A program made the translations under genes and the position numbers. A stretch of 64,000 nt of DNA. Source: Klebsormidium nitens. Taxonomy: Eukaryota; Plantae; Klebsormidiophyceae. The stretch lies in NCBI GenBank assembly GCA_000708835.1, contig DF236981.1:1-64000 (forward strand), in the 5' to 3' direction. A model generated the notes under the pieces. That model saw nothing but the letters and a program-made list of their open reading frames with translations. It ran no database searches and had not been told where the DNA came from. Positions 22,716 to 37,728 of the stretch are shown piece after piece. The number at the start of each line of letters is the position of its first letter. Within the stretch, counting starts at the first letter, position 1.

Positions 22716-25700
22716 TCACCCCCGGTCGGCATCCTCTTGCCGTGCCGCAAAGTTGTTGAAGATCGCCTCCAGCGTCGTTTGGCCAACACTGTACTCGGCG
22801 ATGCCCACAGCCGCCCTGCACCCACCACCACGACGTGCCACGTCACGGGCTTGCACAAGAAGAACGCTTTCGCAAGGTTGACCCACACAATAATGCTCAG
22901 GGCGCAAGTAGCGGATGGTTGAAGTGAACGACACCATAAGCTCTGATTCTGGAGACGCAAGGGTCACGGCATCTGGCTGGCTCACCGCTGCGCCTCCATT
23001 GCGGCGAAGACCTGCGCCAATGAGCGGCCCCCTTCCCGCGGTAGCTGCAAACAGGCAGGAGCACGAGGGTGAGCAGAAGGACCAAGCTCACGGGGCTCTT
23101 CCGGCAAACGTGATCAGCTGGCGCCAAATCCGTATCCCGTCACCCATTTGCAGCATTCAAGAACCCTAAAATTCCTGCGAAGAAGGCATAACGTAGCAGG
23201 CTGCCTAGTCTGCTCAGCATGCAAACAAATCCACGCGGGATCCGCGGGACTTCCCATGGTCACCATGTCCGTGCAGATGCAAACACTGGATGTAGAGCAA
23301 CTCGGCATGCGTGTCGTCAAGCGGCCTGATAATCAGGAGACTCCTGCTGACGAACTCGGTTAGCCTTCTGAGCAGCCTTCAAGTCCTTCTCTTCCCTTCG
23401 CCTCAGTGGTCGTCGACCAGCAGGGCCCCGGACGCCGACCTGATAGCGGAACGTGGCGGCGGTGTGTTCCAGGAGCGCGGCTCCCGGGAAGGTGGCGCGC
23501 ACGAACGCGTCGATGGCGCTGCTCTGCTCCGCCACGAGCCACCACTCGCAGAACGTCTGCACGCTGAGCCAGCCTGCACGCATGGCGGCCCACACCACAC
23601 GCTTCACGGCACGGCCCGCTGCAGTGTTCAGCACGCAACTTACAAAGCAGAGACTTGACACTGGATATACTTAGTAGCCGCGCCGAAATTTGGCACAGCA
23701 AACGACCCTGCCAGCGACAACGCTGAAAGCGGGGGAGAATGTCAGGCAGGCCAAGAGTACAAGGGCAAGGCAGTAGTAAGGCCGCGGGCCTGACCGTCGT
23801 GCGCGAGCTGTTCCTGCACGCTGCTGGTCATGCTCGCGTCGTGCTCGCCCGGGTTCTGCTGCGCCGCCCCCGCGTCGCCCCCCAGCAGCAGCGCCGCGCG
23901 GTCCTCGTCGCCCAGCGCGCACGCTGCCGCCACCACCGCCTCCGCCGGCAGCGCAGCCGCGAGGTCCAGCCCCGCGCGCAAAGCGTCCACGTCGCTGGCC
24001 TGCCGCACCAAAACAGCAACGGGGGGATCAGGTGGCGCGGGCATCATTGTCGTCGTTGCATCAGCTCCTCACAGATCTGCTATCACAAGCTCTTACAGGC
24101 AAAGCATCAGCCACTTGCACACATCACTAGCCAGCCAGCACGGGCGGTGTGAGCGGCGGGGGCAGAATGGCGGGGTGCTTACGGGAGCATCCTCGGGCTG
24201 GCTGTGCTCGTGGCCGTAGCGGAGGAGGGCGGGGATGGACGTCATCACGCGCTCGCACAGCAGCGCCAGCGCGGCCAGGCTGGGGGTCACCGCCTTCACC
24301 TGCGCGCAGCACCGAGCATAGGGCACTCAGTGGGGGACCTCTCGTTCAGACCGGTTGGGCAGCACCCGGGAATACGCAGCATAGCCTCTGGAGACAGTCT
24401 TGATCAGGGCACAGAAGAACACTGGACACGGCATGCCAGGCGCAAGGCCAGAATTATTTTTGAGGCGAGGACCCAGTGACGCAGTACACTGTCACGCTGA
24501 TCGCCACCCTTAGGCAAGCCGAGCCACCCCTGTGGAAGCGGCCAGTCAGCAGCAGCCTCGGTCCCACAGTGTGGGGTGCGGCGCGTGGGCCTCACCTCGA
24601 GCTCGAGCGCGGCGCCGAAGCGTGTTTTGAGGTGCTGCGGGGAGCCGAGGCAGCGCAGGCGGCCCGCGGTCATGATGCCGATGGTGCTGCACAGCGCCTG
24701 CGCCTCCGCCATGCTGTGCGTCGTCAGCAGCACCGCGCACCGCCCCGCGCGCACCGACAGCCGCGACACCACGTCCCACAAGAACCGCCGCGCAGCAGGG
24801 TCCATGCCTGCACGGGGCCGCACCAGACTGGTAGCTATCATTCTCTGGTCCTCGAGAAGGACAACACAAGGGCAGATTGGAAGACTAAAGAGAGGCCCTG
24901 GACTCAACCAAATGGCCTTCGGCATGACCCATGTCGTCTTTTGAGGTGAGACGCGCCTGATGGCAGGCTATGCTTGGCATCCGCACCAACGCGGGCGGCA
25001 GTGCCGGCGAGTTGGATGCTGGGCGGTGCGGCTTGCCTGTGGAGGGTTCGTCGAGGATGATGATGGGCGGGTCGCCCACCATGGCCTGCGCCACGCTCAG
25101 CTTGCGCTTGTTGCCGCCGCTCAGCACGCCCGCGCGCACGTCCGCACACCCCACCAGCTCTAGCTCCTGCACAGACCAAAACGCAAGGCGTCAATCTTCA
25201 GATGCCTCCAAAGTTGAAAGCTTTATTACGTTGAATTATGGATCAGGATCGTTCAATCTCCAGAGGCCTCCAAAGTTAAAAAGCTTTATAACGTTAGAAT
25301 ATGGATCAGGATCATTGGATCTCCAGAGGCCTCCAAAGTCGAAAGCTCTGTTATTTAGAATATGGATCAGGATCATTCTCAAGCCCGATCTTCCGTGTCC
25401 AGTGCCAGCACCGGCGGCGCACCTTGAGCTTGGCCTCCACGACCTCGGGCAGGTTCTTCTCGGGGACGCCCTTGATGCGCGCGTACAGCTGCAGGTGCTC
25501 GCGCGGCGTCAGCAGCTCCAGCAGCGGGTCGCGCTGCGGGCAGTACCCCACCTGCACAAGCGGCCAGCACACAGCGGCCTCGCTCAGTCGTTTTCCTCAG
25601 CCAGGACTCGGAGCTACGAGCCAAGGGGCCGAGCCATCACAGGCCGGCGGCCGTCAGACTGAGCAGCAACAGAGCATCGAACATTGTGAAGCCGGCTTTC

Positions 25701-28700
25701 ATAAGTTGTTTGAGCGCAGTCGTCTGCGGCTTAGGTAGACAGACGGGACAAACACAAGGAGCACTTCCCGTGACTCCATCTTCTATGAATGCATCCTCTC
25801 TTGGCACACTAGCCCCGAAGCAGCCCGCACAGCGGCAGCAGTTTCTGCTGCGTGCTGCACGGTGTTTGCCGGGGCGGATCACTCACCAGCCTGCGCGCTG
25901 CGGTCTGGTTGGTGCGGATGTCGTTCCCGACGACGAAGGCGGTGCCGTCGGAGGGCGCGACCTCCCCCGTGAGCATGCCCAGCGTCGTGGTCTTGCCCGC
26001 GCCGTTCACGCCCAGGAAGCCGAAGCACTCCCCCGGCCCGATGCCGAAGCTCAGCGACTGCACGGCCACCTTGCTCGGGCCACCCCCGGGGCTGGGGTAC
26101 ACCTTGCGCAGCCCTGACAGGCGCACCAGGCTGCCGCGCCCCGCAGGACCCTCCACTCGCGCACGCTCCGCCGCAACGTCCGCGTCCTCGTCAGCATACG
26201 GGGACGCAGGGTCGGCTGCACAAACGAAAAGAGGGCCGATCCACCTCAGTCTGGCACTTCCTTGATGAACGGACTTGATCAAAAGAAAAAGAATATTTTA
26301 GAAAGTTCGTTGCAAGACATACAACGAGGCGTGGAAACATTGCAAAGGATTGCATAGTACATAGATTGCAAACGACCGCCCTGTAGTGTAACATTGTCCA
26401 GAGCATGGAGCAATACTGTACACATGCGTTGCTTGATCCTATGGTCATACTTCGGTACGCACCTTGCGGGCCGAGCCGAGGGGACGGCGGCAAGCTGCCG
26501 GGTCCGGAAGGAGTAGAGGGTGCCGACGGCACGAGCGAGTATGCGGGGGCTAGGGCGGCGCGGCGGCTCCAGGGGGCGGGCGCGGCGGGGAGCGCGTACC
26601 ACAGGTGGTGCAGGGGGGGCACGTGGTCCAGCAGCAGCGCGACGCTGAAGTAGACCGCAGCCTCGACGAGGAGGTACACGATGTTGGCGCCGCTGACGTC
26701 CCACGCGAGGGCGGACGACGGCAGGTCCGGGTCCAGGCCCTGCTGCCGCAGCGCCAGGCTGGACAGGCCGTCCGCCAGGCAGAAGCCGGGGAACAGCCGG
26801 AAGAAGGCCTGCCGAGGGGGGGAAAGAGATAAGATTGGGAAGAGCAGAGCGCATAGGAAAGGTGCCGACGTCAAAACAAACGACGCAGGCGGCCTTACAT
26901 TGGACCTGTGAGGATGGAGAGCCGCTCTGAACGGTGTGTAAGAGGCACAAGCCCTCGGTTGAAGAGTCTACGATTGTGAGTCGACCAAGAGGGCTCTAGA
27001 AGTACTATTGATCTCTCGAGAATGGCTGATGCGACGGCGACGCGGCTCACCTTGAGGGTGTGGCTGGTGTGGCGCGTATTCTTGATGAGGCTCATGATGA
27101 AGCTGGCCAGGCTGAGCAGCAGGCCCGTGAAGAGGTGCACCAGCAGCACCGCGTTCTGCGCGGCCGCGTGGTGCGTGAATGCGAACGTGAGGCAGTACGT
27201 CAGCGCGGCCACCGCGGGGCCATACGCGAGCAGCAGCAGCGCGGTTGGCAGCAGCGACTCGGCCCCGATGAACTCGTCCACGCCAAACAGCGCAAAGAGC
27301 GCGAGCGCCAGGCTGGCAGGGAGCAGGTACGACACGCCGTCCCACAGCGCGGTGGACACCCAGTAGCTCGTCAGCGATACGCCGCTCAGCACCTGCACAC
27401 GCACCGCACCAAGCGTTAGCAAGCCGGCAAACACAGAGTTTCTGCAGAAGCCAAGGCCAAACATCGAGGCAGGTACCGGTTGGTTATGGTTGACAGAAAG
27501 CTCGTATCTTGACGAGAAAAAAAGAAATCAAGTGAGGTGCTTCCACAATCCTTGGTGCCTACCTGCTGCGCCTTGGCTCCCGTCTCGCGCTCCTTGACAA
27601 CGGCGACCGCGAAGGATGCCGGGATGAAGGCGAACGCGACGCACACGATGATGCTCGCGCTGAAGGCCCCGATGTCACGCCGCTGCCGCCGCTGGCTGTA
27701 GCTCTGCGGCAGCGGGTGGTTCCGTGTCGCGATGCTGACGTCACGGCTGGCGTGCGCGGCCTTGAGCAGCGCGTCGTTAACCAGGTTGATGTACAGCGGC
27801 GCGGCGTGCTGCGCCGTCGTGTTGTGCAGGATGCTGTAACCGACCGCGCCGCTGGCCGTGCGCGGACCAAACAGGACTGCGCCGTACCTGCGCAGGGGAC
27901 AGCAAACGGATCTGCGGCTGCAGCACGGCGGCCAGATCAAGCTTTGTCGTGCTTCTCAACGATTTGGTCTCGCTAAAATAGTTGCAAGGGGTCCACCGGT
28001 CTTGCTAACAAATTCCCTGGGCATCGTTACAGTAACACAAGTGAAGGCCAAGCTTGCAGCAATCGAGCAAGCCAGGACACGGTAGGATTCAAAGAGCAGA
28101 AAGCCAACACTGGCAGCTCCATACGTTAACCTCGGTGCTACTATATAAAGTGCGTGCGGCTGACCTGGACTCGTAGGTGAGGTTCCTGCTCTCGATGAGG
28201 AAGGCGCTCATGTTGAGCAGCGCAGGGCCCTCGTCGGGGCCGGCCGCCGCGACGGCCTTCTCCAGCAAACGGTCCGCACGCGGAAACACGAACGAGGGGG
28301 CCGTCACCGGCTGGGGGAACCCGCTACGCAGCCAAGGCGACACCTGCGCACGGACAGAGGCAGCGTTATCATTTGACGCACCAGACCCGGCGATGACGTC
28401 AGCACGTAGACTTCGGTACTAAAGCTCTGACGAACTTCTTGAGGGCTAGACGAGCCCGAGTTCACCACTGCTGTTCGTGTCAGATCGGAGAGCAGTAACC
28501 CTTGTTTCAAGGGAATGAAATGCTGTAAGGGGGGGGCCCGTGAGGCAATTGGAATGAGCGAGGGGACGCAACGTCCGGGGGGCGCGGCGCACCTCGTTGG
28601 CGAGGGGGAAGGTGAGGTTGATGGGCACGGGCGCGGTGGGCTGCTTGCCGAGGATGTGCCCGTTGAACTCGTGGAAGTCGAGGTGCACGGCGGGCAGGTT

Positions 28701-31700
28701 GGGGTGCGGCTTGAGCAGCAGCAGCGTGAGGCCCAGCAGCAGGAACAGCGCGGGGATGACCAGCTGGAACACGCACCCGCGCACGTCGCGCACCGCGCAC
28801 AGCCACCGCTTGCGCAGCAGCGCGCGGCAGTGCTTCCAGAACATCTTGCGCCGCACGCGCGCCATCACCCACCGGCTGCTGCTGCCCACCTGGAGAGGCG
28901 CAACCGGTGTTCGTGGAAGCGGAGCGAAAAAGCGCTCAAGGACTTGAATGGTGAAATACAGACATGCTTTCCAAAAGAGGTGGGCTTTTCGTTTCGAGCG
29001 ACTGTCAATCTACAAAAGGTCACTGCCTATTTATAAACGGCCAAGAAAGGCCGTTCCGGTACCAGGGCTCTAGCTTCATGCAATGATTTGTGATATTCTG
29101 GACACTTCAATATAAACCAGCACCGACCAGCAGGTCGGTTGCAAAGCAACGATCTCCTGCCAACCTGAACCACTGAGCCCTGCGCGTGTCCCCTCCGCAA
29201 CTTGTGTGCCCACCTTGCTGAGGGTCGGCCCCGGGCGCCCGGGCTGCCCCTCCTTGGCCCCTCCTCGCTCCGCGTCTCCCTCCCTGCTGACGCTCGCTTC
29301 GGCGCGGCCCTCGTGCCCTTGCTCTCCGCCGTTCATCCTGTCCTCCTCACTATCCTTATTCTGCTCCGCGTCCCCGCGTGCGATGCGCAGGAAGACCTCC
29401 TCGAGGGTGGTCACGCTGACGCCGTAGCCCGCGATGCCTCGCTCCGCGGCCGCGGCCGCGTCCAGGTCGTGGAACAGCGCGGGGAAGGCCGCCGTGTGCG
29501 CGAGCGGCAGCCGGAACGCCAGCTCGCTCGCCACCTGCACGGCCACGAAACGTGAATAACTTCGGGCTTGTTCGGAAACTGATAAGCCAATAAAGGGACG
29601 GCGAACGGCTAAGACGAGCTTATACAGGAGAGCCTCTGCAACCTCCTCGTGAGTGACGACTTTTGAAACACCGCGTTCCAAGGATGACGGCCTAGCAACA
29701 ATCGAGATGACGAGGAGGGGATGGTGAAGCACGTCACTCAGAGTGACTCCACCCGAAGTGAGAGCTCATCTTCCAAAGCTCGGGCCAGCAGCACGAGCGT
29801 CGAAACAGGGCGTGCCTGGGGCTCAGCCAGGGCACGTCGTTTGCGCTCACGTCGTTGACCAGGGAAGCCACAGGAACGTGGCGTCGTATGGTGTCCTCAA
29901 TAGCCGTCGAGTCGCAGTCCGCCTTCTGCAGGGGTATTCGGCGAGCCCCAAGTCAGCTTTCTGAGGGACCAGCGATGCATAAGAGCACTGATGCCATTAT
30001 GTCGACACGTCAGCCCTAAGAAGCGTTCCTGTGCGCTTGTTCAGGTCGTTCATGCTGTGTTTCACTGACAGGGATTCGCCGGATTGGTCAGGAGACAAAG
30101 GAGACAGCACTGTGGGTGCGTGCGGGGCTCACCTTGATGAGCGTGAGCGTGTAACCGACGCCGAAACGGTTCTTCAAATACAGCGAGCTGCACGCCAAGC
30201 AGCATGCGTCAAAACTTCGGAATGTGGAATCCTTGCTTGGAGCGTCTGACGCATGAATCACACAAGGTGCAACCTTGACCGCGCCGGCGAGACAACCACA
30301 TCCTAACCAGCTTAAATCAGATCGTAATTCTTCAGGCAGTAACCTTCTTGAAAGCTTGCAGAGTAAAATTAGCCCTCGCTTGTGGCGCAAAAGTCTTGAA
30401 AGCTAAGCGGCTATGCTTACAGTTAGGCAAGGCTCGTCTATTCAGAAGGCCTCAGAACACTAATGTCGTGATTGCGAATGCCTCAGGCCGTCTTGTTTAC
30501 TGTTACTGGTTTCAAGAATGAGTTGCTGACCTGGCGGCCGCCCGCAGCATGCCATGGCTCATGATAGCGATCCTGTCGCCCAGCGCGTCGGCCTCCTCCA
30601 TGGAGTGCGTGGTGAGCAGGATGCAGCGGCCCGCCTTGCTGCGCTTCAGCAGCCGCCAGATCGCGCGCTGGCTGTACGGGTCCATGCCCGCGCTCGGCTC
30701 GTCCAAAATCACCTGCGCCACAGCATTCCCCGTGCCATCAAAACAGCCAGGGAAGGTTCTGTGCGCAGGAAAGGCAGTCAGAGGACAGCAAGGACATAGA
30801 GGGGGCAACAATCGGGAGTCACAACGGCGGTGCCGACATGCTGAACTTGAGACGTGCGCTTTGCAGAACAGGAAAACTGGACATTAGCGACCCTGAAGCC
30901 AACCATTCCGGCAGCGAAAAACTATAGGCGACTGCAGGGCTTTGGGGGCAAATGCGGCGGACAGACTCACCACGCGGCTGCCCCCCAGGAGGGCGATGGC
31001 CACTGAAAGCTTGCGCTTCATGCCCCCGGACAGGCTGGCAGCGCGCGCGTGGCGCTTGTCAGCCAAGCCGACCTGAGCATAGCGACGTCGCCTCAAGTTA
31101 GTCATGATTCTGCTGGACTTTGGCGAGGCTCATGAGACATTGACGTCGACCAAAGGCCCAATACCACTGCCAGTCCGTGACCCTCTGCAAATGGTTATGC
31201 TAGTTATTGCGAGCGGGCATAAACAACGAACATCCCATTCAAAATGAAGCGATCCAAAATGATGCGATCCAAGCACTCAAGCAATCAGACTTCGACAACA
31301 GTCTTTGCCACTAACCAAGCGCATAGCGGGCACTCACGCTCTGGATCATGTTGGCCACTTGGGCTGGGATGGCGGCGCGGTCGACGTCCTTGAGCGTGGC
31401 AAACAGCTGCAGGTGCTCCTCCACCTGCACCCACATACAACGCTCAGAGGCGCGCGGACACTGCGTAGGGATCGGCTACATAAAAATGCATGTAGTGGTG
31501 CGCCGGGTACGGTCACATAAACGCAGACAACTATGTTTGGCGAATGTACAGGTGAAGGTTTGGATACAGGCGATAGGCGAGTTGAAGATTCAGCAGGGGG
31601 CTGACCGTGAGCTCGGGAAAGAGGATGTCGTGCTGCGGGCACACGCCCAGCTGCCGTCGAATGGCGTCCTGCACAGACGGAAAGGCGCCTCAGAAGCGTA

Positions 31701-34700
31701 GTTGTACGGAACTGTACCGCAGTTTCCAAATTGGAGTACGACGTAGAAGCGACCGTCCTCATCACGATGACGTTTGCAAGAATACAGAGCGGACCCTAAA
31801 CAGAAGCGTGTAGCAGGAGTTGCCACGTCATCCATCATTGGAGTGCGATCTCGCCAGAAGCAGCAGAAGCACTTTGGGAACGCCGGGATCGTGTGAGACC
31901 ATGCCAATGCGAGCGACGAAGTCACCCTGCGGACACGACGTCAGCAGACTCGCAAATGTTGCCGCCTACTTGATCCATCCCAGCACAAAATCGGTGGAGA
32001 ACACGATGGCATAGACAGCAGAATTCAGCACTTCCTTCCGCCTACTCACGCCCTCACCATGTGCGTGTGGATGCTCTTGCCGCGCACGTCCGCGTCCCCC
32101 GCTGAGGGCGGCACCAGGCCGGTGAGCATGGCGATGGTGGTGCTCTTGCCAGCCCCGTTGTGGCCCAGCAGCGCCGTGATCTGGCCCTCGTACAGCACCA
32201 GATCCACCCCTGCTACGGCCACCGCGCCGCCAAAGTCCTTGCGCAGCCCGCTAACAACCACGCACCTGCGCGCAAACATTAAAATCAGCTGAAGTCAACG
32301 CTACCTCAGACAGTCGTTAACGAAGTTTTCACACTTCCGCAGGGGTAGAATACTCCCAAAAGATCTGTGCTACAAGATTGTTGGCGCTCCAAAGCTCTTT
32401 TCTACATGGTACTGTTGGCGCTCCCAAGAGCTGTTACAAGTCGTACGGTTGGCGCTCAAGTGGTGACCCTGTCATCCACGTAACAAGAGTCAAACACGAC
32501 ACGAGCAACCTGTTTGGGAGTTCGCTTGTCGACCGATAGAACAGCTGGACTTTCATTATAAACTCTACCACGTTCAGTCATTTACCTGGCCTCCTTCTCC
32601 TGCCGCCTCAGCGTCCTGCCCACCGCCTCGAAGCCTTCCCCGCGCGGCTCCTCCCGCGCCTCCCCCCGCCCGACGTCGCTCATGCCGGAGTCGCTGCTGA
32701 AGCCCGACTCCCACTGCTCCACGCTCTCCACGCTGCGCTGCCTCAGCAGGCCCGCCTCCAAGTCGGCGCTGCCCCCCGCCGCGCGCGAGAACCGGCCCGG
32801 CCGCATGGGCTCGGGGAGCGGCCGCACTGGGGCCCAGTAAGAGCGCAGCAGCGGAAAGTACCAGGGGCGCGCCACGCCATGCTCGCGCGGGAGCACCTGC
32901 AGGGGCAGAAAGAGCGGGCACGGGTCGAGAGAAAATTTGGAAGGAGTCTGACCTCAGTTTACGCAGGTACTTCACGGGGCAGAACAAGTACCGTGTTGCC
33001 AGACAGCCGTATGTTACTTCTTTTCACGACAAGAAGATGGAGGGAGGCCATGCAAAGTGATGCAAGGGGAGAAAATGGATGACAAGGCTGGGGGCCCCCG
33101 CTAGAAGCTGCACACGCATCAAGCCCGGCGCGACTTGTTACCTTGTCAGCGTACCAGCCGAGGCCGCAGTAGAGCAGGCCGTCGAGCAGCATCATGAGCA
33201 AGCACACCCCGAAGTTGATGCCCGACGACGGCTGCAGACGCACATCGCGACATTGCTCAGGGGTGGGAGAAAAGCAGACGCTGAGGATATAGAACGGCTG
33301 ATGCTGGCAGGGTGTAGACAAACATCGGCGATCCGCTGCAATGTTCGTCAAAGAGGCTCGTTTCTGGAAAAGCGCTCCGATACGAGCCCTACGTTTCGGG
33401 TTCCGACGACCATCTGTCTGTATGATCCACAGAGCACATTACGATCGTAAAGATGATGGAATGTCTCATTCTGAGTTGGACGGCGGCCCGCGGGTGGGGC
33501 TCACCTGGAAGATGTTGCTCCAGCGCAGGCCGACGTGGCCCTGCTCGTAGTCCGCAAAGTTGGCCGTGCCCAGCGCAAACGCGGTCGGGCTGGACAGGCT
33601 GCCCACCACGCGCGCCCACCTGCAGCAGCCGCGCACCAAAATGGTTGAGCTTCCCGTCCTTAGAAAAAAGCCGCGACCTCAGAGAAGTGACACCAGGGAC
33701 ACAGAAGGGTGCTGCCTGGTGCAGGATATGTCAGAGTGCAGTCCCACTCAAAACCACAAAGAATCTGCGAAATTAATGGGCCTCAGGCAGTATTTCCTAC
33801 GATCTACATAACATGTCCCACAGTCGGCACAGATTCGACGATTGAAGATCAGGCATTGATTCTCGATGCCTGTTCTAGGTGAATTCGAAAGGGACCAAAC
33901 ATACGACTCCTTCTCCAAGCGATGTTACATGACGTGAACAAGAAGAGGGGGTGGTTACGTGAGGGTTGTCCGGAACAAGATGCGTGCAGTGATGGCTGCA
34001 GTGGATAAACGAGGAACTGTGGCACAGCGGAGGGGCACGTGGCGCGGGGCGGGCCTCACCCTGGGGCCTGCGGGTCGACGAGGGTGTAGTAGGGGAAGAA
34101 GGCGCCAAGAAACGCGAGCGCGCCCACGGAGGCAGCGGTGCGCGCGCGCGAGAAGAAGGTGGAGAGCAGGAAGCAGAGGCCGATGGAGGAGAGGCCGAAG
34201 ACGAAGAAGTAGGCGAAGACCACGCTCTTGTCGCTGTGAGCAAACAGGCTGCTCCACGTCACCGCCGTGATCACGGCCGACGTCACGCCGAACTGCGGGA
34301 GCAAAGAAGGGCAGGCCAGTCAGAAGCCCGAGCAGAAGTGAAAGAAGTGGAGACAACTGCGCTCGGGACGTATCCATGCGCCGGACAACGGCGCACGGCG
34401 CAGAGACAAAACAGAAACAAAAAACTGTTCTTAGCAGCAACAAGCGAGCTCATCTACGATGCCGACCCTTCTCATCCTCCTCCACATGTCAAGCACAACC
34501 TCCCCTGGACTCCGTGTTTCCTTTCCAATGTCTGCTCGATCTTTTTGCCCATGTATCACTTTTCTACGGCGCCAACGACCTTCTGTTTAGAACAGGTTCC
34601 AGTCGGGGGCAGGTAACGCTGTTCGGCATGTCCATTAAGGAGGCGCGGGAAGTGACACCCCGCGGCCGGCGCGTTTACCTGCACGCCGTAGGTGATGAGC

Positions 34701-37700
34701 CAGGCCGTGTTGACGGCGGTGTCCGTCATGCCCATCATGGCCATGCCCTCCTTCAGCCGGTCCTCCTGCACGCACGCCAACACGTCGGCTCACGCGATGC
34801 AGCACCAAGCCCACACCCTCGAAAGTGGAGGCGATTTACACGCTCCAGAATGGACGCTGGCGCAAGGGCGTCTTGAGCGAACGAGCTATCAGTGGTGGTC
34901 AAGTGCTGGGTATGGACGGAGGGCCCGCTTACCTTCTCCAGCACCATGTGCCGCAGCAGTCGGGAGATGGGGAACATGAACCCCAGGAGATACCTACAAG
35001 ACGGCAGGTGGCAGGCAATCAAACGGCGTGTCTACGAAAGTCACAAGTGGGTGCTGGGGTGCGTTGCGCAATCTCCCACTGATTGCATTCTTGTTGTCAC
35101 CAACAACTATCGACAAACTGTTCTCAAAGCTGTCCGCCACCAAACAACCCATAGCCACGTTCATGTAGTTCTTGTTTCAATCACTACCATTTTCACATAA
35201 TTCACAATAGAGCATTTTCTTCGCGTCGGCGTCTTCAAAGAAGATTCAGAGAAACAAATTGTTCTTCGAATTTTGGAAAGTGCGGGGTGCACATAGAGAA
35301 TTCGCCCTCTGTCTTGTAAGCCATGGATGTCGAACTCAATCAGTGCACGGACTCAATTCCCTTGGCGCCTTCTAACATACAATCAATCATCCTCGAGGAT
35401 GCTCGAGACATTGGGTACACTGGCACTGCAGACGGTGCTGCTTCGAGGTGGCAGCGCGCGTTCCTCACAGGACGGCCATGACCTTCTTGGCGATGGCCTG
35501 GAAGGAGTCGTCGGTGTAGCCCGGCGTGGGGAAGGGCGCCACTGCGACGTGCTCCGGCAGGTTCCAGTGGAAGCTGCGCGAGCACAGCAGCCGCGACGGC
35601 GCACCGCGGCACGCGCTGTCCTCCTGGGACGAGAAGATGATGTACGAGTCCACCACCTGCTGCAGCTGCACCAACGAGACGCAGGGAGCGGAGTCAGATC
35701 AACGGGCCGCATGACTCACATTTTTTAGAATAGCATGGAGGGCCCCCGCTAACCAGATCGGAGAGCTGGAACTGTCTGAAGGTAGTCTTGTAGAAGTAGT
35801 GGTTCCCATGAAGCGTCAAAAGCTTTGAGAGGTTCACCTCAGACGTGTATTTAAACGTCCGATGTAATGTCTCACATTGATTATTTTCGGCTCTCCGAGG
35901 TTCTCGTACTTTTCTGGTGTGTCCTTCATTTCTAATTGAGAATGCGAGACCTCTCCCATCTTATCCTTCAACCTAGAACGCTCCCAACACTTTATTTCTA
36001 GGTAAGACAAGCGTGTGGCCGACAAACTTACCGTGAGGAAGCCGGAGAGCGCGTACTGCGTCTGCGAGATGAGGTTGAGGCCGAGGAAGAGGTCGTTGAC
36101 GCCGGAGCCTTTAGTGTCCATGATGGTGCGCAGGTCCGGGAAGCCGCTGGGCGCCCACGAGTGGTTCAGCCGCAGCGAGTAATCATACGCAGGGCCCGTC
36201 GAATGGAACACCACCGCGCCCAACAAGAAGGGGTGCACCTCGCCGCTGCACGGTGCGGAAGAAGCTGACGTGAGTAGAGCCTAAGGAAGACGTCATTAGC
36301 CGTATCAAAGTAAGGAACAGAAACGAGTGCGGTTGGGCAGCTTGATGCAAGCATTGAAGCCACTACGAGATGGTGACATAAGGCCATGAGAACAACCGCT
36401 GTTCTCGAGGCGCTCGGTCGCTGTACTTCCAGAACGAGAAGCTATTTCCGGCTCGATGCCTCAAGGCTACTTCCACCAGTATGGCGGAAGATGACAGCAA
36501 GAGATGCTATAACAAGCTTAGATCGCGGTTCGCAGCACAATGTCAAAGGTTGCAGACTAAAGTGTTGCCCCGCCGTGGCGGAAGTGCGTCACCTGACTGG
36601 GTCCGTGGTGCCGTATTCCCGCGTTTGAACATACGCCTCCAACGCCGCCTCGTCGGGATACAGCAGCGCCACCTCCTGCAGCATTTGGTGGGCAGCCTCA
36701 TCAGCCCCCGGAAAAGAATCTCGATATGGCCTGGCCCACTTTTATAGGGCCCAGCACACTTTGGTCTGGAAAACGACTGACACCACGAGAACAACGAAAA
36801 GACTGCCGAAAAACGACGTAGGACTTGACAATTTTCGGAACAGGCCGCGACCCTGCTGTGGCTGCTTCTTGTTGGGCTACATCGATTACAGGTTGCGTAA
36901 CAACAAGGAGCCCACATGAGCTGGAGCGTTGCGCTCAATCCGTACCTTGAGCTTTGGGAACTGCATGGAGAGCAGCGCGACCATGTCCTGCACCCACGAC
37001 GAGTTGCCCGGCACAAATGCAATGTGCGCGGCGCGCCTGGCGCAGTGGTCCAGGATGGCGGGGAACGGCGCGGACGCGTCGGAGGCACCGACGCGCACGT
37101 ACGTCTTGGGGGTGATGTAAGCGGTGGTGGCGTGGAACGTGTGGTCCACCTGCGTGCGCAGGACCATCAACAGCACCAGCACGCACACGGGCAAGAGCAC
37201 CTGGGGGGAGAAACAGGGTGGGGTGGTGAAAACAGAGACGGGAGGGCGCTTCACGGTATCTTTCCTTGGACTTGGTGGCGTGTTTACGAGTAGGCGGCGA
37301 AGGTGACGGGCATGGATCCAAAGAATGTGAAGACGGTCCTCTGTCTTACATACGAGTTGACCTGGAAGAGAACATCTTGCCGGTGGCCTTGAGAAACCAA
37401 AGATAAGGAACCCCGAATTAAAGTTCGATCTGGGCCAGGTGAATGCTCCTTCCTTCTCGAACTTGCGATAGTCAGTCAATCTTCAGGTGACTTAGAAAAG
37501 CGCAGAGGATGCTGAGTTCGACACAACATCAAGAAACTCCTGACGCACTTATAATATTCAGTGAGGGTATCGTGCTTTGAAAGTGGCAGAGGATGATATT
37601 GGATCATAAGGACATAGATGACCGTCATGTTGGTGCCTCACCTCAAGCGCTGTGGAGAGAGGGTGCCGTTTCTTAAGCAGCCAGTTCTTCCAAAGCAGCA

Positions 37701-37728
37701 CGCTCAGCAAGCGCCAGAAGCGCCCCAT
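22716..37728 (-). CDS. ABCA1: Full-size ABC transporter subfamily A (TMD-NBD-TMD-NBD), >30 exons
   Basis: Start [26 protein letters not shown]1: [57 protein letters not shown]2: [42 protein letters not shown]-terminus [40 protein letters not shown] resembles plant ABCA1. The last codon overlaps a possible donor, so the 3' end is slightly uncertain. Confidence 0.93.
25204..25377. repeat. Intronic tandem repeat, 62-63 bp x ~3
   Basis: gcctccaaagt..aaagct...tatggatcaggatc units start at 25204, 25266 and 25329. Confidence 0.9.
32353..32460. repeat. Intronic degenerate 34-bp tandem repeat x ~3
   Basis: gttggcgctc at 32380, 32414 and 32448. Confidence 0.75.
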
